Positions 25,376-38,454 of a DNA stretch of 64,000 nucleotides are shown one piece after another. The DNA comes from Phoronis australis (lineage: Eukaryota; Animalia; Phoronida), in NCBI GenBank assembly GCA_002633005.1, contig NMRA01000306.1, positions 442,512 through 506,511 on the forward strand. Direction: 5' to 3'. The translations under genes and the position numbers were made by a program. Under the pieces are notes generated by a model. The model saw only the letters and a list, made by a program, of their open reading frames with translations. It searched no databases and was not told the origin of the DNA. Within the stretch, counting starts at the first letter, position 1. Each line of letters opens with the position of its first letter.

Positions 25376-26150
25376 TGGTGAACTATAATACTCCACTGAA
25401 AAAGGCAAAGTCAAAGACATGCATATTATGTGGCAAACTCTTATACTCTGACTCCCAGGCACACAATTTAAAAAAATTGCATTGAAGCAGAGGTACTTCG
25501 ATTTTTTTAACTCGTTTACTCTCAATTCAACATTGATTTGCTGGACACTAGGCCTGTGTTTATCTGCATCTCATGCATTCCGTTTTGTTCAAAACGCACA
25601 CAGCTGCAGAAATCCGCAAGAATGGATGTCAGCATTCTCATTGCTCTGTCTGAAGATCGACAGAAACATGTTCTCATTGATTCGCCATCCGTTTCTAAGA
25701 CACCAACAGGAGCAAAGAGATTGTTAAATTTTGAGTCCGAGTTAGTTGACCATCGGTATTCAGTATCAGAGGATTATCAACAATCCAAGGCTTTCCTGTC
25801 AAACGTGTCTAAAAACTCAACTGAGCAACTTGATCGGAAACTGTTGTCTAAAATCAGTACATCTTTGAATGATCTTTGCAAGACTTCAACAAAAAGTGTG
25901 CTTAGATTTCACTTGAGGGACCTGAATGACACGAAGACCCTTTTTGGAAAATTGTGAAAGAAGAGGAAATTGTCCACATGGGCTACCACTTCTGTGTGTT
26001 AATCACTTCATATTGCTGTGACTAAGAATGACTTCTCTGTAGCCATAATGTACATGTATGGGATACATGTAGATATTTGCCAAGGAGGATCAACTTTGTG
26101 CCGTACAGAGGCTATTGTCTGCTGCGTGTATTCGTCATCATGCTGGCAAT
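25376..26150 (+). pseudogene. Decayed DNA-transposon protein N-terminus (CxxC...CxxC, then helical region), possibly AcademH/DUF6589-type
   Basis: TPLKKAKSKTCILCGK ... (frameshift) ... RPVFICISC ... KSVLRFHLRDL. Contains stops and frameshifts. Family assignment is from recall only. Confidence 0.35.
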
Positions 26151-26951
26151 GGTGTATGTTTGAACATTTTCAGATGGCTCACATTTATAGCTTATAATGG
26201 TTTTTAACATATATTTTTAGCAAAGGTGACATAGTTGATGATAGCAATTAGATCGGAGATATACTACATGAGAAATTCTCCAGATTGAGACAGCCTAAAT
26301 TCAGAACACAGAAATCATGGCTGAAATTTAAATTTTTCATCCTGAAATTTGAGGCATGAGTGATTTGTATAATTTCGTATTTTTCAAATTCCTAACACTG
26401 TGTTGTACCATAACATGTTGCAAGGATACTCCTGTAAGTTCATAAAAAGTGACTCTCATGACAAACATTTAATAAATTGTTACCATTCCCCTTGAATTTC
26501 TGACAGACAATTGTGTGAATTTCTAAAAATTGGGACAAGCTCCGACTTTGATAAAAATTATTATTAACTGTCCCAAACTAGAGAATTTTTCTGTAATTAA
26601 TTTTTGAAATTCAGTGTGTAGTTAACTGTAAAACTGATGGATGGCTGTTCTTGTTTATAAGAGGATCTGCTTTAAGAAAACGATTGTAAAAGTGATGACA
26701 GTTTATTGTTTAGTTTTTGATTTTAAGTGATGGTGTGGTAGTTTACACCAGCTTTAAAAATGTCAGTGACGAAAGGTAGAAATCATAAGTGACAACAGAT
26801 ATCAATAGTCCATTTCAGTTAATGACTCTGAAGCAGATAATAGTGGCAGTACCCATGTGGTTAAAGAGTCATGACATAATGCTTTTGATTTAAAAATCTT
26901 GAGGGACTTTCCGATTTGTAAGCTATGAGTCTTTTTTCACAAGAAATGATA

Positions 26952-26955
<4 letters not shown>

Positions 26956-27008
<53 letters not shown>

Positions 27009-27070
27009 GTGTGTGTGTGTCTGTGTCCGTGTGTCTGTGTGTGTCTGTGTGTGTGTTTGTGTGTGTGTGT
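26956..27070. repeat. (GT)n microsatellite
   Basis: Directly visible, with interruptions in the 3' half. Confidence 0.98.
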
Positions 27071-27890
27071 TTTGATCAAAGGATAATATTTTATTGGTTA
27101 GACTGATACATACCAAGGGAACTTGTGACATGTGATAAAATGTTATTGTTTACATATGTTTTGGAAAAAAATAATTGTTTAACAAGATAATGAAACGTTA
27201 CAACTGTGTCTTTAGCATCTAAAGTCAATGTTTAATACAGGGTTACTTTTACATAAACATTTAAAATGTTATAGATTTTGGATTTCCTATATAGTTAAGA
27301 TTAAGAATGCATGCCTACATGAAGTTTTCTGCACATTTGTTGCTTTGATAACACTATCACTGATGGTGTTACTCTATAAAAAATAAAAAATTAAAGGGCA
27401 ATTTTGACAGTAAAATCACCCATGAAAATCAATTTTTGTACTTCAGGGTGACCTAAAAGGGCTGCTGGGTTCCTTGTTAATTCCAGATTGTTGTGTCTCT
27501 TGGGAGGCATTTTTATTTAGTGCATCTGCATTGAATAAATTTATGTTTTTGATAATTTTTGGCAGCTTTCCCAGATTTCCGTAAAATTTCCAGGCTCTGA
27601 TTTGGAAATTCTGGGTATTAGAAAAGGCATAAAAAATGGTGCTGTGAAATCTGTTGTGATACGAATAGATGTTATTGAAAGTATTTTTGTCTGCATTAAG
27701 CTCACCATTCGAACACAATGTGTCCTTCGTTGATTACCACAATTGCCACGTTGGAAGCTAACAAACTCCTGTTTTGGAAGCTAATTCCTTGTTTCGGTGG
27801 CGTATCATATCATCACTTGTTGATGTCAGAGCCTCAGGGTTAGCATACACTACTTGATAATTTCCTTTAATTTTATCACTAATTGGAACA

Positions 27891-28201
27891 CATAGGCGGA
27901 TTTAGGGGGGGGGGCTTCAGGGACTGCTGCAAGCAAAATGAAGCAGCAACAGCTCGACCTGTGAGGAACTATAACTGGGACCGGTACTGGAGAAGGGGGG
28001 GACTAAGACCCCGGATCGTGGCGGGCTCTCGTTCCAGTTTTTATATTTTTATTTTTTTTTTTAGTCGACAGATTTCCTGAACAGAAGGTTCATAGTCTGG
28101 GCCCTGCAACTTTCGGGACGCCTGTACACATACAACCGCGCTTTGCCCAATTCGCCGAGGCATGGTGTTGGCTCCCCCTTCTGCTCCCTGATCCGCCACT
28201 G
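27891..28201. mobile_element. Short MITE with hAT-like termini
   Basis: CATAGGCGGATTTAGGGGG... / ...ccctgATCCGCCACTG. 'gaaca' is present on both flanks. Confidence 0.6.
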
Positions 28202-30339
28202 GAACAGTACTACAAAACGTCACCACTAGTTTCTTCATCATCAGTATAATCATCAGTAATGTCTCGCAAAAAATTGTTGGTGTTCTGGTATTGTAATTAG
28301 TGAACAGCAAAGATCTACTAAGGTTTGGTGAACAACGGGCTAATAAGCAAACTAATTGCAGTTCAGTGTGGGAACGTCAATAGCGCAATTTGTTGATCTG
28401 TCAACTGTGCTTCTTCTGTTAGTTTTATTTTAATCGCAAAGTGAACCTTTTATGTTCACTTAGTGATAACTAAACCGTTTCAATGATGTTTTTCGTTTTA
28501 AAATTGCTTCAATTAATACTACAGGTACTACAATATCGTCCGCATTCGTCGCGATTCTACTCGGGGATTCCATTGACAGGGAATTCCCGGCCGAGAGTAT
28601 GCATGACAAGGGAGATAAGTCTTTATTTTGATACATAAACGAGTCGACAAATTTTTTCGACGGATTCTTTCATCTACAAGAATTATAATTACGATTTTTA
28701 AGAACTTAGTCCCAACTGCTATAAAACTCATTCAAATTACAACAATGACGAAACGTTTTTCTGCGGTTTGTTTGGCGCGGATACGAAACGATATGATCTC
28801 GCGAGATCCAGCCTCATCACCAGTTTTTCGGGTATTTTGTAAATGTGATGTGCCGTGGCTAGTCGCCAACAGCGACGTCTCGTGAAAATGCCAAAGACCC
28901 TTTTGGACAGCTGACGTCACACGGCTCAGGCGCCCCTATTGGAGGTCATGAGAGTTCATGCGCATTATTCTTGAACCAGCCAGACCGGGCGAAGTGATGA
29001 TTTATACTGTAGGACGTCGAATCGTTGTTTTTGTTGAAATACAATTTCCGAAAAAAGAACAATTTTTATTACCAACATGATGCTGATGTGGCGAGACCAG
29101 ATACAGTGAAGCACTGCATAATCTGGTAAAATACTTATAAATCCCGTACAGTCATTAAGGACGTTTAAAATGTTTTAATAATTTTGCAGGATTTTAAAGT
29201 ATTTTACCAGTTTCTGCAATGTCTCTTTGGCTCATCACAGGGCTTAGAAACCGAGAAGATTCTCAACGTCGTATTTATTATTCAATACAACTACGATTTT
29301 CCATGAACAGTCAATTTACGGTTTATCGTTCTTTGTGTATTTTTTCTTTATTATTTTCACATACATGTATATGTCCTAACAAGATTTTTCTTTGCTATTT
29401 TTACGTATATGTCCTAACAAGATTACTTGTATTTTAATTTGAATAATAAACTGCCATATAATATGCGTTTATTTCATGTCTTGTAAAATATCAAACTATT
29501 AAACCAATGTTGAATAAGGGAAGTCACGTGAAGAACTTTGAAGCTGGATGACGACAGGGCCACCCATGAAATATACAAATGTAATTATAAGCAAATAAAA
29601 GATACTCAGAAATACGTCGAACACATCAATATAATATTAAATAAATGACATCAAGTAATATATTGTCGACGTAGGAAGACTTAACTAAACTTGAAAATAG
29701 AGTTACAAATACAGCAGTTGGCAATGGTGCAATTGAGACCATAGTCACCAAATCAACGATTACTGAAATAATTCATTACACTAAATAGAGAACGTTTATG
29801 GAACTTGTCAAGGATACAAGGTTAGGTAAACAATTACGCAGCGAATTTGTAAACAATTTTTAGAACAGAAGTTAATTTGTAATGGATTTCTTTGCCTAGC
29901 GTACGTACTGGTGGTGTATGCTAGAACGGGAATTAATATTGAAAGTGTTGATTACGGCAGCCATGTATAAATCTTCAATTTTAAGAATACAAGATGTCTT
30001 AAACAAGAGCTCAGAGTGAGCTTGACATCTGCAAATATTTGTTTTTCTGATAACTTTCTTCTGCAGACAAAATAATTGCTTATGCTCGATGCCCTATGCC
30101 AGTATATTACAATTTAGATTAGGCAATATCATACCGTTATTAAGTATTCTTAATACTAAATGTAGAGTATAGTGTTTTAACCTGCTTTAAACACCAGAAA
30201 CCCTATTTGACGACTTATACTATGGATGTGATTTTCCCAAGAAAACATTTCTTGAATAATGAGGCCAAAGAAATTAAACCTTTCCCACCATGGTCATAAC
30301 TGATTGAATTCGGTTACCAACACATTTGGTAAGGTATTT

Positions 30340-30960
30340 TAAGTATTATTTCTTCCATTTGTACTTGTAATCATCAGTTCATCCCGGCGGTCTCCTCTGT
30401 TGTGTTGTTCTACACCAGCCTCAAGAGGTAATGGTCTCGAAAACTGGGTTCGCCTGAATATTATGAAAAGTTGCGTGTGCGGAGTATGCAGTAATGGCAG
30501 TCGGATAGACAATACTTCAGTTTTTGCAGTCCCAAATGACCCCCAAGTAGCACCAAAACGTGTTAGAAACCCAATGGATCACACTTTTTTCAAATCAAAA
30601 CCTTATCTTTGGTAAATGTCCAATGAGGCAGCAGATGATGCATGTCTTTTTCATTACAAAATGGACGAACTCGCATAGTATGTTTACAATATTTGCCAAC
30701 AAGAAGGCGTCTTGAAACAGTTCACCAGCATTCTCGTTCTCAGGTATAATACCCAGCGAATGTTTAGCAACAGGGACCAATCCAAGTTCTTAGAAGCATT
30801 TAGTCCGTGTGCTCTGAATTACTGCCATCAACATTACAAAAGACGCATACATTATTCATTAAAATCTGCGGTGTTTAAAGAGGCAATGGACGGGAAGGCT
30901 TGTCAGCAATATCTTTTCCGCGATTCCTCATTGAACTTGAACTCGTCTTATTGAACGTGA
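30340..30960 (-). mobile_element. Decayed LINE ORF2 C-terminus (L1/Tx1-like)
   Basis: Frameshifted translation LGIIP...IVNILC..F...EKDMHHLL resembles the zinc-finger region that follows the RT domain. Confidence 0.35.
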
Positions 30961-32320
30961 CACGGCCTTTTTGAACTTGAAAAGGTCTATGTGGCCTTGA
31001 AACTTGTTGAAATGGAACTGACTGTGCGTGCGTGCGATGTTGTCAATTTCCTCTATGAGCTCCTAGTAACGTTCTTGTAAATCTTTTTGTCATTTTCCGA
31101 ACGACGCCCTCTAACAGACAAATAGATCTTTAGGTAAACTGCGTAAATGGATGCTTTCCAAAAACTACGATTTCATGGAAACGTGTGTCATTTCATACGC
31201 ATATTCCTAATAAAAGTGTTGAACAGTAGATTCCTTTGCCAAGTCGCCAATTTATTTATAACTGCATGACAAAAAACACAAACCCGATGTCATCACATTC
31301 CATAAAATAATGGAACATGTGAACAAAACTATTAAAAAATTGTCGTTGAAAAGACCCAAAATGCATTTAGATTATACTCCTTTGTTGAACCGATTACGGG
31401 GATCATTTGATTATCAACAGAACTTAGTTAACACCTGAAATCACCTATTATTCGTCATTTTTGTAGTTTTAATGTTGAACAATTTCTGTGTCGATACAGA
31501 ACATAAGTAGAACAAAAATTGACTTACTTCAAGTCTTGGATCAGGAGAACTGCAGTACCCGACTGTTACAAAAGATATCGTCATCTCAAAAGGCTGATAC
31601 CGCACTTTGAGCAACCATCCACCCACATACACATGCATGTATCGTAACTAAAGGTGGAACAGGTGTACTCCGCAGAAACCAACAGGGGCCATGGGGGAAG
31701 TGATTTACATGTATTAATGCATTCTGTAAAGCTGGGTACATGACGCTTCAATCTTTTGACTAACGTGGTGTGACAATCTGGCACCAGGCCCTGTAAAATG
31801 GTTTAGAGAAACCTACGCACAATCGATACAATAGAATGCAACATTTCTTTTAACCGCGGTATTGCAGTCCATTGTATTGTATCGTGTTCTTGTCACATGG
31901 TTAGTCATATTCCTTTGATACAAATTCCATCCATTTCCGTGTGACTACTTACATGTATAAATACATTCCGTAGGGAAAATAACGAACATCCGACATTAAT
32001 GTAGAGTTCCTGAGGGCACATTTAACTGATAAAAATGTTTATTTAGTGAGTATGCACTTAAGAGGAACTCGTGTTAAGCACAGATTTGAAAGATGACTTG
32101 ATAAAATACAGTTAAAGGCCTATGGTCCGAGTTATAGAAGAAAAAACCTCTTAACGCCGTTTAAGCCGGTTTTTTTAAGTGACATGCAGTTCAAAAAGTT
32201 ATTAACTTTCAACTTGTGCAAAAAGTTTGAAAAAAATCGTTGTAAATACTACAAACGAATGAAATGTTTACAAAGAATTTAGTATCCCGACCGCTAAACA
32301 GATTATAAACATTACAACAA

Positions 32321-32371
32321 CGCATGCGCAGCCACAGATCTAGAGGTCAACAGAATTTATACAAATGGCGG
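32321..32371 (+). promoter_or_regulatory. Candidate core promoter: NRF1-like CGCATGCGCA and YY1-like CAAATGGCGG
   Basis: Motifs at 32321-32330 and 32362-32371, directly upstream of or overlapping the first exon of the spliced + strand transcript. Confidence 0.4.
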
Positions 32372-35300
32372 GGAGAGGTAGATCGATGAAGTGTACGTCC
32401 GAAGGCGAAACGCAGTTGTCCTGCTCTCCAAGATTCAGAAAAAGACGTGTTAGCCAGTACAAAAAGCGGCATTACCAACAAACCTTGTACCTGTAATCGA
32501 CTCGTTCGATAGGTGAGAAACAATGAGGACAAGACTGAATGTTCGAACTCGTGAAGGTTTTACATTACAACAAATGAACAATACCAGGCTTTGGATGGAC
32601 AAGTATAAGTCAGTAAGTGTGCTGTTTGTGAAATGTTCAATGACTCGTATACACGTTTAGAGCATTCACTTATGGGTGACTGATCTCAGTCAGCATACAT
32701 CGGACCCGAATCATTTTGAAGAGCCTCAATTCGATTAGCCTTGGTACAAAGCTGTATAATATACAGTCATCATACAGCTAGCTGGCTGGCTACAATTCGA
32801 TCAGCTGTTCACTTTTTGTTCTAATACTACTAGTACTAGTAGTAGTACTGATTCACGCTGACCTGGACTAGTTACACCATGTTAGTGTTGTAACATGTAG
32901 TTAAAACTGGTAAGGCCCTTTCATTCTAACGTCGACATGGCGATGTTTTGGGGAGTTGCAGTCAGTATGGATGGTTAACTACGGTCCTGAATCGAAGTTA
33001 ACTGTGCCAGTTGACTTCACAGTAGACAAGCGGAGCGTCGATGCTGTGGTGTACGGTAGTATGAATGATTCAACTTCGGTTACATCGAAGAAGTTATTGT
33101 CAGGGGCCACTGCTATCATCGACAATTACAGGGTAATGTCGTCGCTAAAAGCTGCTCATATTTTGCTCGAGTAGTCACTAATCGAATTAGAAATAGGTTT
33201 TTGTGTCCATTAGCACATGTCAATGTTCCCAAATTATCACATTAAAAAATCCTTGTGGAGAAGTGTTGCATCTACACTACGTTGCGATTACTTCTATGAC
33301 AACATCATCAGTTACAGTTTACTTAGACATCCAAAGCCGGTAAAAACGGTTCGATTAACTTTCCAGTTCATGTCGACACTCTGCTCAGACCGAAATTAAG
33401 TACAAAAGGGCTTTTAGATCGATTTCAACTAGCAGAACAATGTAGCAGGTGGTGTAAAGAATTGTGGCGTGAGAGGGGGGGGATGTTTGTAGGATGTGTT
33501 AGGGACTTCACCTGGCCACGCCAATAGCTTTATTAGAAAGCTCATATCAGTGTTTGTCGTACTGAGTACAGGGGGGGGGGATAAGTCTTGGTCAAGATGG
33601 CTATACTTGAGAATGTCTTATTAGTTTTGCTTTATTTTTTCCAGTTAGGAGAATACTGACCACCTACAGGGGCCCGTGTAACCGTAAGTTGATCTTTCTT
33701 ATTCCATTAAGTTTTAAAAGAAAGAATAGGTGTGCTAAACTTCAGTTATTGATGGCCACTTTTCTCTGTATTTCCATCTTAGACTGTGCAGGTTAGGAGA
33801 AAATGGTTAATTGCAATCTGCATGGTCCAGGTACATTACTTGAACTCACAACCTCAAAAAATTAGCCAGTCAAATCACGTGATTGGAGTACAAATCTTAT
33901 GTTTGCTCATGTCATGGAATTGCTAAATTTTCGAGTTGTGTATCGAATACAGAGATTAGGCTATGGGCTTTAAAGTAAGCCGGAATTTTCATCAATTATA
34001 AGTCTCTTAAGTCGCTGTCAGTTTAGAATAATGCTGTCTCAGCTACAAATTTTGCCTTCTGGTAATTAAATCAAAGTTGTTTTAAGCATAAAGGTGTGAC
34101 AAATTGACTGAAAGTACATTCTTAAATCTTGTGATTGCTCCTGGTAAAGTGAGTCAAATTGTATTTAAACCCTCCTTCATCATCTGTACTTTCAGAATGA
34201 GTGGTTTAGACAACGCCCTCTACAAACTTCTTTGCAAGAGTCCCAGACTGGTCATCACCTGAAGAAACCTTGAGGTATTGTTTCATTCATTTCCTTAATA
34301 TCTCATGGAGTGACATTTCACATTTTATTCAACTCACAACTCACAATCCTAACCAAAGATATCACTGTTTCGTTTACAGTATTTAAACATGCCTTGTTTA
34401 AAGCCTGTTCAATTTCTATTCAGGGATTCACCCAGGATTTCGAAAATAGGGTGTCCAAAATGGGATTCCCAATATTTCGGAGTGTCCGTGATTCCGACAA
34501 CCCATTACCCCTACCACCGTGCAGTGCACCAGCAACCCCCCACACTGATTTTTTTACAAAAATACATAGATCAAAGCGTTTACATCTGCGTTTTCAAACT
34601 AACCCCCTGTAGCGAGCTTGGACCTAGACTTTTACACCTAAACTTATGAATACAGCCAAGCAGCTTACCAGACAAATATTAGAGATATTTTTTAAGGATG
34701 AGTGCACTTCGCACATGATGGCGTCACTGCTGTTCCATATTAAAACATGGAAATGCACATTGAAATGCACGAAGCAGTGTTTCATTTGAGTTATTTATAT
34801 TAGGTTTGTGTAAACCGTACTTTAGTGTGAAGTTTTTATTCTAATGTATCAGTGCTTTGGAGGATGTCCAGTTGAGCAAAGAACATTTGTAATGTAACTA
34901 ATTTGCATGTGAAAATTTTCAACTCGCTTACAACTGTAGTATAAATGCAAGCTAACTCCAGCTGCTGGTTGAAATTCTGTGCATCATGTTTGGTGTGGGG
35001 AGCAATTATGATTTCTAAAAACCTTATTTTGAAAATTTGCCCTTTTACGATTCCATCTGTCGATTCAATGTCACTGTTTCAGATTCATAGATACATGTCT
35101 GAGTTCTCAGTGTAGAGGCCTCAGAATAAATTTTAAACTGAATGTCTTCTTACAAATGCCACTATTGTCATCTTACAGGGATTCAGAGCTGTTGTTCACC
35201 GTTGTCCTTATCTTCTTTGTCACCTGCATCCTCACAATCTGGATCAAAGGTTTGTGTCTGCTCTTGTAAAGACTCTATGCTCTATTGGAATTTAAAGTAG

Positions 35301-36118
35301 ATATAGGCATGCCTTATGTCACGAAAACCAACTGTTTATTTAGACCATGTACCATTAGTATGATATTGATCTCGAATTGTTCCTTGATAAAAATAAGGTG
35401 TGAAGTTTGGGCTTGAAAATCTCCAGCAATTTGTTACTACTTGAGAGTTTCTTTAGGTTGACGTGTCACAGCATGCCATTTCATTCACCTGACATGGTCA
35501 CAACCATAATGAACTGACAGTTCTTTGCAAGACCAAAACTTATTTCTCATCTGAATGAGGAAAGTGGTTAAAATCAAAAGTTAAGTTGCGCGGATAACAG
35601 GGTTTATAGCCGCAGAAATTTTTCTGTGAAAATGCAACTCTATTTTCTCTCAATGTAGGTTTCTTACTGCTTGTTAAAAGACGATAATAGTATGACCGGC
35701 TGCTGAGTAGCACTTGGGACATAACCATGTTGCCATGAGTTCAATTTCTTGTCTTGGAACTCTAGGATCCACTTAAACCATAAAGTGGCAATGGCCATCA
35801 AAAGTTATCATGATGCGATGAAGATTTGGCAATACGTGCATTAGTTCCTGCACCATCTTTCTAACTTGCAACCTCTCACACTTGTTGATACTAGCATTCC
35901 GTTGGTGGTATAGATACAGTTATCATTACTTGTACCCAATGGTGGTTTTCTTTGCACTGTATTTTTGGTTTTAGTGTTTCAGTGCTCAATTATATTGTAA
36001 CTTTTCACAATATTTTACACTTACAGGCTACATAGGTACTTCAGTGAGAAATCTAAGAGTAATGCTGTCAAGGATTAAGAAAGGTCTATACTCCAGTGCC
36101 ACCGGTGTCCATAATTAG
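32365..36118 (+). other. Five-exon spliced transcript with only short ORFs (small membrane protein gene or lncRNA)
   Basis: Canonical exons: ~32345-32612|gtaagt; ttttttccag|33645-33683|gtaagt; tttcag|34196-34274|gtatt; ttacag|35179-35249|gtttg; ttacag|36027 onward. One frame across exons 3-5 encodes a TM helix LLFTVVLIFFVTCILTIWIK. Confidence 0.55.
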
Positions 36119-37540
36119 CAGATGCTTGAGAGAAAAACAAGGCGTGCACAAACTTGACACATGACTTCCAGGGGCCACCCAGTTCATTGCCTTGACGATC
36201 AATGGTTTTGCAATGACAACAAATGTTATTTGATCTATCAAAAGAACTATCACTGCTTCAGTGAACATTTGACTCTGATTTTAAAGTTACCTTTGCATAG
36301 TAGCTTGACGTGGATATAGACTGTTGTCAATACAAAAGGACACGGCTATATTTTTGATCTTACTCATTTACCGTACAGCATATAAATCTGACATTCTACT
36401 TTTTATATATGTAAACCAACAATCCTTGACCACTGTTTGCTTACATTTGACTCCAAAACTGTGATACAGTACCTGCTTTTTAATTGAAGTGCTCATGTAA
36501 CTTGGTTCATGTTGAGTCTATCAACAGTCATCATCTGCTTTTGTTGGTCCACGTGGTTGTGCGAATTGACTACGTAATTAATATAAATGTGTCCATGACT
36601 TCAAACATATTTCGATTAATTACATGTCATGCTGCAACTCTTGTTTGCATTTACATTTCTGTTGTGTTGAGAATTACTGCAGTGAAATGCATTTGATGTT
36701 ATACAGGTTAAACTTCGGCAGTGAAAATCCATTTTGTTTGTTAATGTGATTATGTCATTGCTGTTAAAGCTGCTATGAACCTGCCTTCCTTCAATTAAAC
36801 CAACTCTTGATTGTGACTATTTATTGTCTTGGCCCATTCCTTACTCAAAGTACAAGTGATTCCTGGAATTAGAAAGAACTGACAGTTTGTTATAGCTCGA
36901 ACCTCAGTTTATCAAGTTGCCTTGAAACAGCTTGTCATTTTCTGTAGGTGAATTTGTTACAAGCCAAGAAACCCATCCTCAGCTGGGTAAAGAAACTTAC
37001 TGATAGGAGGTCTGATGCGGAAAATGGTATAAATTAAAAGTTACTTTATTGTTGATGGAATGTTGGTTTGTAGCAACTTTACCAGTTCTGTTTCATTACA
37101 TTTAAGTCTTCATCCGATTTTCAGTATGAAACTAAGAAATGGTATTGGGCATAAATTTTGTTTATTAGTACCCCAAAGAAATCACATTTATCTGAGTACT
37201 AAGTAGTAGACAAAACAAATATGCATTAGACACATAAAATATGGTGCCTGAGTAAATAACATAATTTGTTTGACTGCAAGCAAAGTAGATAAAGCAGTAT
37301 TTTGTGACATAACCCTTGCATTGCGAAAATATGTTGGGGTAGGCGCCTTTTGTTGTAGTTGGTACCTTTGTTGAAAGCCAGCACATCATTACGGTAGACT
37401 CTTGCCAGTTCCTCATTTATGACGATGAAACCAAAAGTCCTGAATCAAAAATAAAAATAAAATTTTCTTCATAGTCATGTATAAGAGAAAAAAATTCTTC
37501 ATTAACTAGTGTACTTCAAAAGCTGAATACCTTATAGAAT

Positions 37541-37719
37541 GCGAACAGTTTGTCCCGTCAGCACGCCATCTTTTTGGTCACATCACGTGACCTAATGAAT
37601 GTATGTCCGAAAAGATTTCTGCCCTAGACAGGGACGGGCAGAAATCTTTTTGGATTGATATTCATTAGGTCACGTGATGTGACCAAAAACATGGCGTGCT
37701 GATGGGACAAGCTGTTTGC
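37541..37719. repeat. 179-bp near-perfect palindrome (84-bp arms, 11-nt loop)
   Basis: gcgaacagtttgtcccgtcagcacgccat...gatttctgccc / gggcagaaatc...atggcgtgctgatgggacaagctgtttgc. Bracketed by a 15-bp direct repeat 'ataccttatagaatg' (37527, 37760). Confidence 0.9.
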
Positions 37720-38454
37720 GACATTTTTCCATGCCTTATTGAAAAAGATTTATTTATACATACCTTATAGAATGTACTGTTGGCAATCCATTGTTATGGC
37801 TATTTTGGTATTTATACTTAAATTTCAGATAAACAATAAACAAAACTCAAATAAGGAATGTGTTTTATTGTGTTTTGTTTAGTTTGACTAAAACTGGACC
37901 TTATCATGAACCTGCCAATAATCCATAGATAGTCTTTATGAATATTCATATCACAGGCATACTGTCAGGGCCTTAATAATGTCTTCACTTCACAATTGCC
38001 AAGTAAAGGTTTACTCCAGTTGTCATTAATACCTAATAGCCTGGAAATAATTTGTTCACATTTTCTCAATAAGTAACAATTATGAGCATATTCAGATAAT
38101 TTATTTATTTGTTAAACTGAGTTTTGGGTATTTGTGTAACATAGATGTTGAGTGCAAGACCAAATCTCTGTAGCCAGAGCCTTGGAAGGAAAATGGTAAA
38201 AGGTTATTACAAGTGTCATGTCAGCTGTGTTTTCTTTCACATAGTCACATGTGTGCATAATGAGGGTGCTTAACTGGATTTCCAAAACTGTCTTTATAAG
38301 AAATACTCACAGGCATAAGCAAAATGCAGGTGATAGGTTGCTTCTTATAGATCTTTTCAGTGTAGTGGACACTCTTCAGCATCTGCCACATGTACACCCT
38401 GATGACAATCACAGCTGGTGATACCCACCACCCCAGTGAGTATGGACACACATT

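Noticed and set aside
26861-27131. His/Thr-rich ORFs
   Set aside because: Translations of the (GT)n microsatellite.
28320-29170. Possible Kolobok-type non-autonomous element (tgacgtcac cores)
   Set aside because: Matching termini and a TTAA TSD could not be identified.
36120-36830. SECIS element that would make TGA 34260 a selenocysteine codon
   Set aside because: No RUGA...AA...GA stem with proper spacing was seen by eye; not supported without a dedicated scan.
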